From Bacteroidales bacterium (GTDB taxonomy: Bacteria > Bacteroidota > Bacteroidia > Bacteroidales > CAIWKO01), in assembly GCA_035389045.1 (NCBI GenBank), contig DAOORA010000010.1, positions 62,001 to 93,076 of the forward strand: a stretch of 31,076 nucleotides of DNA. Direction: 5' to 3'. Position 1 is the first letter of the stretch. Each line of letters starts with the position of its first letter. The notes under the pieces were generated by a model. That model ran no database searches. It was not told where the DNA came from and saw only the letters and a list, made by a program, of their open reading frames with translations. Made by a program: the position numbers and the translations under genes. Shown here piece by piece: positions 1 through 7,958 of the stretch.

Positions 1-627
1 ATAGATCCCATCCGTAACATGATCGAACTGGAAATTTCCGGAAGCATCACTGGTATCCCTTGCCAGTTCATCGTTTGCCGGGAAGTTTTTAAGGATTACG
101 ATCACCTGGCCGATAGTGTATATATCGGAATCATAAGAAGGAAAATTACCATAAGTGCCTGACAAGGCTTTGCCTGCATAACGTGTTTTTCCGGATATGA
201 TAAATTCCGTACCTGTAAGTACCACTATTGTTCCTCCTGATGTAGTCGTTCCGCATGATCCGTAAGCTATCACCTCGTAATCAAATGTACCGGATACCAC
301 CGGAATACCGTTTATGGTAATGATACCTGAAGCCCAGGTAAATACTACACCGGCAGGTAAACCGGTAACTAAAGCCGCAGTGGCTCCTGTGACCGAATAT
401 GTAGTGGTAGTGACGGGCGTATTGATCAATACCGTTTGTGTGCCTCCGGGGGTAGGTGTGATCTGTGCCGGCACTGCAAATGCTTCCGGACTTATCTGTG
501 CATATCCGCCCACCTGGTAACCACCGGCAGGACTACAACAGCCTGATTTCTGGCCAAGGGCATCAATACTCAAAACAGCAATAAAAATTAGTGTGCAGAA
601 TAGTTCTGCAAATCTTTGAATATTCAT
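1..627 (-). CDS. Secreted protein, 5' part only (runs off the window); Ig-like beta domain followed by an SdrD-B/prealbumin-like module shared with 7959..10283
   Basis: Not in the ORF track; translated by hand from ATG at 627, 209 codons open to position 1: MNIQRFAELFCTLIFIAVLSIDALGQ (signal peptide, +1 Gln) KSGCCSP...VTGLPAGVVFTWASGIITINGIPVVSGTFDYEVIAYGSCG...IISGKTRYAGKALSGTYGNFPSYDSDIYTIGQVIVILKNFP...DTSDASGNFQF. The latter part aligns with IISGRVRYAGKAYAGTYGNYPTYDTEKYAINKVLVLLKNYP...DTTDASGFFRF of the 804-aa ORF. Confidence 0.85.
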   Translation of the reverse strand, partial: MNIQRFAELFCTLIFIAVLSIDALGQKSGCCSPAGGYQVGGYAQISPEAFAVPAQITPTPGGTQTVLINTPVTTTTYSVTGATAALVTGLPAGVVFTWASGIITINGIPVVSGTFDYEVIAYGSCGTTTSGGTIVVLTGTEFIISGKTRYAGKALSGTYGNFPSYDSDIYTIGQVIVILKNFPANDELARDTSDASGNFQFDHVTDGIY

Positions 628-683
628 ATTCAGGGATTTAACATGTACAAATTTTGATTTTTTCATGGCATATTTTTTTAAAC

Positions 684-3600
684 TCATGGAGTTACACACT
701 TTCCTTTTTTTGTATCGTCCTTCCATGCGCCGTTCACGCATTTCTGGCGTTCCCAAATTGTTCGTTTCCCTTTTACTTTTTTCTTTGTTGTTTTTGTAGT
801 CACCACCTGTACCCATCTTGTTTCACCCTCTGCGTTTTCTTGTTCTTGGTAAGAGGTAGAACTCTCAGTTATGTTCTTTGTTACATAACAATCTTCTTTA
901 TATGTCCGTATCGGATTAATCTGGTTTTCCACACAACTTGGTGCCGGCTCATACACAAGGTCTATCACAGCTACAGTAAGGGCTACGCCCGCAACCACCA
1001 CTCCGGCAATAACCCAGAACAGATCGCCATTGGGATCCACCCTGATTATCGGGTTATTACCAACATAACCATAACCGTTTCCGATATTTATTTCATCAAG
1101 CCATATACCTACGGGATCCCGTTGCAGAAATCTTCCCCATAAAGGGTTATATGTTCGCGCTCTATAATAATAGTACCCGGTTTCCGCGTCGTATTCCCTG
1201 CCGGTAAACATATAAGTATTGCCAATCGCCGTGGCACTTCTTGGCACATAAGAGGCGTCATATATTGAGATGTTGCCGTAACCATCATATTCATACCGTT
1301 CTGTAACGCTTCCGGTAACATCGGTAACGGCCGACACAGAGCCCAGCACATTCTGATGGTAAAAATAATCGGTACCGCTGCGTCTCATGTGCAGGATATC
1401 ATCCAGTTGTGTTCCGTAGACATAGGTGGCCTGCACCACATCGGTGGCATTGCGTTCTTCAATGACCTTTTTTTTGTCGAAGTAATAGTTGACCGTTCCT
1501 CCGGGAGTCACTTTACGGATTCTTCTTCCCAGGGCGTCGTATGTATAAGTGGCTGTTGCTCCGCCATCTACAGTGAGCAGGCGGTTCTCAAAATCGTAGG
1601 TAAAGGTGTGTGTGCCGTCGGCAAGGGTATTTCCGTCGGCATCGTAGGTCGGATTGATAATGGTGCCAGAGTTTATGGCTGTGTATTCGTTCAGTGAATT
1701 TACTGTATATGTTGTGTTTATACCGTCTTTCACCGTAGTAGTCCTGTTCAGCACTCCGTCGTAATTATATTGGGTTTGGGTAAGCGGTGATGGGATGTTT
1801 CCGCCTGCCAGGGTTCCTTCTTTATAGGTGATCAGCCAATTATCCGGATTGTAAATATATTGTTCGGAGTTAGCCGGATGATGCGACTTTTGGGCTGTGA
1901 GTATATTACCTTCATTATCAATGGTATAATTGAACCCTGCGATATTGGGTGGAAGGGTGCCGCTTGAGTTATGTGTCAATGCTGTCATCTGGTCATTATT
2001 GTTATATGAATATACCGCAACCGCACCGTTGTTGTATGTGCGCGATACGATACGGTTTCCGGCATCGTATGCGTAGGAGACCATGTTGGCTGAGTTTTCT
2101 TTAATCAGAGAAAGACGCTGTCGTAAATCAAAGTTTTCTTCTATGGCTCTTCCTCCGGGATAAGTAATATTACGCTTACCGACCGGTATATTATAGGTGT
2201 ACGTGCTTGTCTTCCCGTTTATGTTTTCACTGAGCATGCGGCCGGCATTATCCCATGACCATGAAATATTGGCATTGTTGTTATTGGCTGTAAGCATCCG
2301 GCCTTCATTGTCGTAAGTGTAAACATCATCATTGGCCCCCGGGTAATTCCTGCCGGTCAGCATATGCAATGCATCCCGGGAATAATATGTAATGGCTGCA
2401 TTGTTATCGGTTCTTGAAGTGATCTTGTCTTCAGCATCATAGGTATATGATTTGGTTGTTCCATCGGCAAAAGTTTCCAGAATCAGGTTGTCGTTAGCAT
2501 CGTATGAATAAGTGGTCGTATTTCCGTTGTCGTCCGTTGCGGAGGTCAGATTTCCCGTGCCGTCATATGCCGAAGTGATAGCATTTCCGGCCGGATAAGT
2601 AATTGAAATTTCTCTTTCGAGGTTATCATACTGATGGGTGGTAATACCGGAATTGCGGTCTTGCACGCTTGTTATGCTCGAGTTGTCGTTATATCCGAAT
2701 ATTGTTGGCCGGCCCATGGGATCTGTTGTCTGTGTCAGCCGGTTCAGGGCATCATAGGTAAGTAGTGTGGTATGCCCGCCTGCGTCAGCAGCAGTGAGTA
2801 CATTTGAATTTGCATCATAGGTATATGAGGCCAGTGTACCCATATTATCGGCAAAAGAAGTCAGGCGTCCTGCCGCATCATAGTTATAAGTATAATTATT
2901 GCCATTGGGAATGCTGCCTGCAATCATATTGCTGACCGCATTATACGTATAGGTTGACGTTTCGCCGGCAGGGTTGGTAACCGATGTATTCCTGCCCAGC
3001 GCATCAAAGGTTTGGCTGGTGGTAAGCCCGTTACGGTCTGTATAGGAAATAACATTTCCTTCATTATCATATACTTTTGCTGCGCTATTGCTCAGGGCAT
3101 CAGTCATGGTTATCATTCTGTCCCTGTTGTTATAAGCAAAGGAGGTGTTATGTCCCAGGGGATCGGTAACCGAGGTAAGGTTGTCATTGGCATCATATAC
3201 ATAATTAATTATTCCTATGGGCCGCTGCACCTGTGTCAAACGATCCAGCCCGTCATACACAAAGGTGGTGGTATGACTGTTGCCGTCGGTTAAAGAGGTC
3301 AGGTTGCCGTTGTTGTCATAGGCAAGGGTAGTGTTGTTGGAAAGTGCATCCGTGACCTGTACCAGCCTGTTCAATGTGTTGTAAGTAAAAGTGGTCGGGT
3401 TTCCAATGAAATCTGTTTGGGTCAGCCTGTTGCCGTTGGCATCATACGTGAAACTCCGTGATTTGTTCAAAGGATTTCTTAATGATGAAAGCAGGTTTTG
3501 AGCATTGTAAAAAAAGTTCCAGACATTCCCGTTGTTGTCGGTATAGGTACGAATATTTCCCATTGCGTTAAAAGTCCGGTATGAAGTGCCCGCAGGTGTT

Positions 3601-5546
3601 GTTCTGGCGGTTATATTGCCCAATGCATCGTAAGCCCATGTAATTGACTGTCCCAATGCGTTGGTTTCAGAGATAAGTTCTCCACGGCCATTATATACAA
3701 AGAATGTCGGGAAGCCTAGGGCATCGTTACGCTGTACCATGTGGTTAGCAAGATCGTAGATATAATTTGTTGTATTACTGTTAGCATCCGTATAGCTAAG
3801 TTTGTTTCCGGCATTATCCCAGGTGAATGAATTGGTTGTGCCGTCGGCATAAATTATCTGGGTTACATATCCATACCCATTACGGATATATTGCGTTACA
3901 TTTCCCTTCCCATCGGTGTATGAAACTACGTTTCCTGCTGCATCATACGTGAAGTGTTCGATAATTCCCAGGGGCTTGATCAGTGTCAGCAGGTTGCCGG
4001 AAGCATCATAAATGGCCGAGTATACGTTGCCGTTAGCATCGGTATAACTGAGTACCCTGTTGAACGGGCCGTATGCCCAGGATGAAATGGCTCCCGTCGG
4101 ATAGATCAGCTGGACAAGAGTGCTTTTTGCACCAAACGAAAAGTGGTACACATTTCCATTTGCATCGGTCAACTGTTGTAAATTATTGTGTACATCATAA
4201 TCATAGAGCTGGTGGTATCCGCAGCAGCCGCCGGCTTTCTCCCGCAGATTTCCATCCGTATCAAAACGAAAGGTCGTTGATTGCATGGACGTATCCACCA
4301 TTTCCGTAAGGGTTGTTGTTAATAGCGACGGATCATAAGAAAAATGCATTTGCCTCATGGGAGCCATAATGTTTTCGACCTGGCTGCAATTGATATAACT
4401 TATAAAAAACTCATTGTCAAGCTGGTCAGTGAGCATGATCATGCTGCGTGCCGCGTCGTATGCATATTGAATGCTGTCGCCTTCCGGCCCGATGACGGCC
4501 ACAGGATTCCAATTCGTATCATAAGCATAACTGATGTGTCGTGGAGGCATGGTGTTCATATCGAATATTTCGGCAAGGTGTCCGTTTAAATAACTCATAT
4601 ACAGACTTCTGCCAGAGGCATCTGTTATCATATATGGAAGTGAGTCGGTGTAAACTATGTGGATTTCATTATAGTTGGGATCCGTTATACCTGTGAGTCT
4701 GTGGTGGGAGAGATCATCGAAAAAATAATTGATGCCATATTTTGTGGTGAGACGGTATTTTCCGGGCTGGTATTCAGTCAGTGAGTCAGAAACTCCTTCC
4801 GGCGGAACATAGGCAATACCATTGAAGACATAGCTGTCTTTTCGTCCGTCACCTCTTCGGATGGTTATATTACCGCCTTCTGGTTTGCATATCATATTAT
4901 AGGTCATGGTCCACCCCGGGCCGTAACCGAAGTCCAGGGCTGTGGCGGTACTGTTGTATGAAAAAGTCAGGTCAAGGGATAATCCTTTGCCGGGAATATA
5001 AAGGTCCTGACGCTGGTAGAACAACCCGCCGGAATAACTGTTCACTGTCAGCCCGGCAGGTCCGACGATGTTGGGCTTTTTGATATCGGGCGGCCTCTCG
5101 CCGGGAAACCAGGTTACCTCATCACCTCCCATAAATGGCATACCAACCAAACACGGGTCACAATGAACTCCACCCAGTGTTCCCAGATCAGGCGGGCGAT
5201 CGTCGTCATACCACAAATAAGATGGATTAAGTATATCACCAGTCAAGGGATCATAATAACTGCAATCACAATTCCGGGGGTGAGCGTCATTAATAATTTC
5301 AAAAATATAGGGATCATAATAGTAATTGAATAATTGTGGGCTGTTACCATAACTACTTCGGTTCAGTCCACTGACAGAAGGACAGCCTCCCCCCGGATTT
5401 TCGTTCCCGATATAGTAACTAATATTGTCATTGATCCCCCACTTAATGTAATATTCTTTCGGACGTTTCTGGGCATAACTGTCACACAAATTAACAGCTA
5501 TAAAAAACAATAATGAAAGCAGTTTAATTAATGTTTTTATTTTCAT
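684..5546 (-). CDS. RHS/YD-repeat protein with Sec signal peptide, Cys-rich N-terminus, DUF6531-like region, RHS-associated core and ~113-aa C-terminal extension
   Basis: Many YD repeats (YTYDAxGN type); LSLDLTFSYNS...FGYGPGW (DUF6531-like); core motif YMFTGREYDAETGYYYYRARTYNPLWGRFLQRDP...NNPIIRVDPNG; N-terminus MKIKTLIKLLSLLFFIAVNLCDSYA-Q. Confidence 0.95.
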   Translation of the reverse strand: MKIKTLIKLLSLLFFIAVNLCDSYAQKRPKEYYIKWGINDNISYYIGNENPGGGCPSVSGLNRSSYGNSPQLFNYYYDPYIFEIINDAHPRNCDCSYYDPLTGDILNPSYLWYDDDRPPDLGTLGGVHCDPCLVGMPFMGGDEVTWFPGERPPDIKKPNIVGPAGLTVNSYSGGLFYQRQDLYIPGKGLSLDLTFSYNSTATALDFGYGPGWTMTYNMICKPEGGNITIRRGDGRKDSYVFNGIAYVPPEGVSDSLTEYQPGKYRLTTKYGINYFFDDLSHHRLTGITDPNYNEIHIVYTDSLPYMITDASGRSLYMSYLNGHLAEIFDMNTMPPRHISYAYDTNWNPVAVIGPEGDSIQYAYDAARSMIMLTDQLDNEFFISYINCSQVENIMAPMRQMHFSYDPSLLTTTLTEMVDTSMQSTTFRFDTDGNLREKAGGCCGYHQLYDYDVHNNLQQLTDANGNVYHFSFGAKSTLVQLIYPTGAISSWAYGPFNRVLSYTDANGNVYSAIYDASGNLLTLIKPLGIIEHFTYDAAGNVVSYTDGKGNVTQYIRNGYGYVTQIIYADGTTNSFTWDNAGNKLSYTDANSNTTNYIYDLANHMVQRNDALGFPTFFVYNGRGELISETNALGQSITWAYDALGNITARTTPAGTSYRTFNAMGNIRTYTDNNGNVWNFFYNAQNLLSSLRNPLNKSRSFTYDANGNRLTQTDFIGNPTTFTYNTLNRLVQVTDALSNNTTLAYDNNGNLTSLTDGNSHTTTFVYDGLDRLTQVQRPIGIINYVYDANDNLTSVTDPLGHNTSFAYNNRDRMITMTDALSNSAAKVYDNEGNVISYTDRNGLTTSQTFDALGRNTSVTNPAGETSTYTYNAVSNMIAGSIPNGNNYTYNYDAAGRLTSFADNMGTLASYTYDANSNVLTAADAGGHTTLLTYDALNRLTQTTDPMGRPTIFGYNDNSSITSVQDRNSGITTHQYDNLEREISITYPAGNAITSAYDGTGNLTSATDDNGNTTTYSYDANDNLILETFADGTTKSYTYDAEDKITSRTDNNAAITYYSRDALHMLTGRNYPGANDDVYTYDNEGRMLTANNNNANISWSWDNAGRMLSENINGKTSTYTYNIPVGKRNITYPGGRAIEENFDLRQRLSLIKENSANMVSYAYDAGNRIVSRTYNNGAVAVYSYNNNDQMTALTHNSSGTLPPNIAGFNYTIDNEGNILTAQKSHHPANSEQYIYNPDNWLITYKEGTLAGGNIPSPLTQTQYNYDGVLNRTTTVKDGINTTYTVNSLNEYTAINSGTIINPTYDADGNTLADGTHTFTYDFENRLLTVDGGATATYTYDALGRRIRKVTPGGTVNYYFDKKKVIEERNATDVVQATYVYGTQLDDILHMRRSGTDYFYHQNVLGSVSAVTDVTGSVTERYEYDGYGNISIYDASYVPRSATAIGNTYMFTGREYDAETGYYYYRARTYNPLWGRFLQRDPVGIWLDEINIGNGYGYVGNNPIIRVDPNGDLFWVIAGVVVAGVALTVAVIDLVYEPAPSCVENQINPIRTYKEDCYVTKNITESSTSYQEQENAEGETRWVQVVTTKTTKKKVKGKRTIWERQKCVNGAWKDDTKKGKCVTP

Positions 5547-5617
5547 GATATATAGATTTGTTTTTTGGGTTTAATACTTGAATTAAAGTTCTTTATTTCA
5601 GTTTGTTGTATTATTTA

Positions 5618-5625
5618 CAAATTTA
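5618..5625 (-). promoter_or_regulatory. Putative Bacteroidota sigma-A -7 box (TAAATTTG) for the RHS gene
   Basis: Matches TAnnTTTG about 70 bp upstream of the ATG at 5546; the AT-rich context lowers specificity. Confidence 0.5.
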
Positions 5626-5874
5626 ATAAAAATAGTTGTCTTTTACAAAGAAAACCTGATATATTTTGTTAAAAAAATATAAAAAATATTTTTAGATTTA
5701 TTAAATTGACCAAATATTCACATTTTATTGTTGAATATTATGTTTTTGTCCATTATGTTTATGGCATAAGCTATGATTTTCTTAATACCATCGGTCAAAC
5801 TTGTTTTTATACCGGATCAATAAACTGTTTTTCTTCTTCCACATCTAATTTCCCGGTGCAGAGCTTGTGTTTTA

Positions 5875-5943
5875 CGGTGGCTGAGGTTCTCGAAGCCACC
5901 GATAGTGTTTTTCCGCAGGTGTCTGAGGTCCTCGAATCCACCG
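5875..5943. repeat. Two 27-bp REP-like palindromic repeats (42-bp period)
   Basis: CGGTGGCTGAGGTTCTCGAAGCCACCG (5875-5901; 8-bp stem CGGTGGCT/AGCCACCG) and AGGTGTCTGAGGTCCTCGAATCCACCG (5917-5943), 23/27 identical; partial third copy near 6067-6083. Confidence 0.75.
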
Positions 5944-6407
5944 TTATTTTGCTGAATCAGAAAGGTATATTGAAAAACAAATTGCTCCCTTCGGACCGGG
6001 GCCAACAAATTGATTTTTCTTTCACTGCCATAAAATTAAAATCTTCCGTTCTTCCAGCTAATCCCCAGGTGGCTGAACCTGCCATCTTCTGTGGTTATGC
6101 CTGTTGAAGAACCCCTGACGACGAGACTATGATATAAGTGTTAGAAGCACACTTCAACTCAATTAACTTTGTATTTAAATGTAACATCCGAAAAATTTGA
6201 ACCATCTGTAGACCTCTTGTCAGATAATTCATTTTTGCAGTAAATATCTTATAAATAATGGAAGAGATGAACTACAATATGTTGTGCCATAGGTACATAA
6301 TACTAGTAGAAAAAATTCACAGGAGAAACGTCGTACCGTCAGTTATAAATGAAGTTATCTGCGGATAATTATAGTGAAAATGTATGCGCCATTTCAGATT
6401 TTTTTTG

Positions 6408-6415
6408 TAAGTTTG
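6408..6415 (+). promoter_or_regulatory. Putative -7 promoter box TAAGTTTG
   Basis: TAnnTTTG match 56 bp before ATG 6472; the same TTTGTAAGTTTG string precedes the paralog (7897-7908). Confidence 0.6.
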
Positions 6416-6471
6416 TAAAAATTTTGTGCGCGATATTAAGTGTTTGGTTTGCAAATATGTCTTATTAATCT

Positions 6472-7728
6472 ATGAAAAACAAAAACATTCCATTCATTTT
6501 CATTTATTATTGTTTTCTGATAAGTTTGTGTTTTCCTGCCGGGGCACAGCCATTTTCCTTTGTTCATATCAGCGATGTTCATGTTTCTGATGGTACGCTG
6601 GTCGGGACCATAGGCAATGACGATCCCGACGGTGAACAGTTTTCGTGCAGTTTACAGGAATTCAATTATATACATCCCAAACCGGCTTTTGTGGTTGTAT
6701 CGGGAGATATTTCCAATGTGGGAGAAATCGGTTCCGACGGGATGTACGATGCCCTTGTCCGGCATTTGTATCCGCAAGGGCTTTCCTACCCGGACAACGG
6801 AGATTATTATATAGATTCTGCGCAGACCATACCTATTTATTTTGTCCCAGGTAATCACGAATACTATGAATATCTTGTCCCACCTATCGTTTCTTCAACC
6901 ATAGGGCATTATGAGGAGTATGTGGGACCCGATGCTGATTATACCATAACACATAACAATACTGTGGTCGCTTTTTTGCGGACAGGTGGCGACCGCCCTA
7001 TATGGCAGGATATGCATCCCTTTTGTGTGGAAGGCAAGGGAATTACCGATGCACAGTGCCAGTGGCTCCGGACTGCACTTAACCCTGCAGGGGTGCCTTC
7101 TGCAAATACCCGGAAAATCATTGTCATGCATCATCCGGTGGTGAACGTGAACGGAACGGAATACGACGGATCGCCGAATACCGGCTCTATTGCGGGACCC
7201 GATGACGGCTCTTTCCTGTATAACAGGCAAACCTTTATGAATATCTGCGACTCTAACCATGTGGATGTGGTGCTTGCCGGTCATGTTCATCAGTTTGTGG
7301 TGGCTGACCGTAATGCTAATGTGGTGACTGAGAACTGGTCAGGCGGTACACGGTATTGTCAGACGGCACAGGAATTTGAAGGTGCTTATCGCATTATCAC
7401 GGTTGATTCGAACATTGTAAGTATCGGATCGCCTTCGCTGGTCAATTGCCTATCTCTTGCTGCGAAAGCACCCGGTAGGGCATCGTTTAAGATTTACCCG
7501 AATCCTTTTACCGATCGTGCCATACTGCAAATTTCCGGCACGGCAGAGGTTAAAAATTATGATTTAAGGATTTTTGATGTAATGGGCAGAGTAGTGAAAT
7601 CAGTGACAGGTATCAGCGAAGAAAAGACCATCATCGAGAGGGACGGCCTCGTAGCGGGCGTCTATTTTTATTTGATCTCGGATTTCAAAGGAAAGACTAG
7701 TAGCGGGAAGCTGATCATTACTGATTAG
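6472..7728 (+). CDS. Calcineurin-like metallophosphoesterase (Icc/CpdA-like) with T9SS type A C-terminal sorting domain
   Basis: Signal peptide ending AGA-Q; metal-binding motifs SDVH, SGD, GNHE, MHHP, GHVH; C-terminal YPNP...IFDVMGR...GVYFY...GKLII. Confidence 0.9.
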   Translation: MKNKNIPFIFIYYCFLISLCFPAGAQPFSFVHISDVHVSDGTLVGTIGNDDPDGEQFSCSLQEFNYIHPKPAFVVVSGDISNVGEIGSDGMYDALVRHLYPQGLSYPDNGDYYIDSAQTIPIYFVPGNHEYYEYLVPPIVSSTIGHYEEYVGPDADYTITHNNTVVAFLRTGGDRPIWQDMHPFCVEGKGITDAQCQWLRTALNPAGVPSANTRKIIVMHHPVVNVNGTEYDGSPNTGSIAGPDDGSFLYNRQTFMNICDSNHVDVVLAGHVHQFVVADRNANVVTENWSGGTRYCQTAQEFEGAYRIITVDSNIVSIGSPSLVNCLSLAAKAPGRASFKIYPNPFTDRAILQISGTAEVKNYDLRIFDVMGRVVKSVTGISEEKTIIERDGLVAGVYFYLISDFKGKTSSGKLIITD

Positions 7729-7900
7729 TTTTCAATACTAAACAATGCAATATTTGTAGTATTAGGATTTCTGTTGCTGTTTTTTTTGAGTCTGAGTTTG
7801 ACTGATAAATTTAATAGGAACATTATCGCGTATTGTGCTTATGATCTTGGATTTATTATTATTTAATCATGATAATGTTCAATTTTATAAGAAAAATTTG

Positions 7901-7908
7901 TAAGTTTG
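7901..7908 (+). promoter_or_regulatory. Putative -7 promoter box TAAGTTTG
   Basis: Lies inside the ORF-track 5' extension (7869), which supports the ATG at 7959 as the true start. Confidence 0.6.
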
Positions 7909-7958
7909 AGGTGGGATTCGGATCTATAGTCAAAAAATTATTTCTAACAATAACGCCT

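Noticed and set aside
314..1142. Plus-strand ORFs 314..520 and 654..1142 as an RHS immunity gene
   Set aside because: Both are antisense shadows of well-supported minus-strand genes.
5875..5943. Mini CRISPR array
   Set aside because: Only two repeats with a 15-bp spacer and no cas genes.
5706..6107. 133-aa ORF (and opposite-strand 63-aa ORF)
   Set aside because: TTG start, no recognisable domain, and its internal repeat is just the translated REP-like hairpins.
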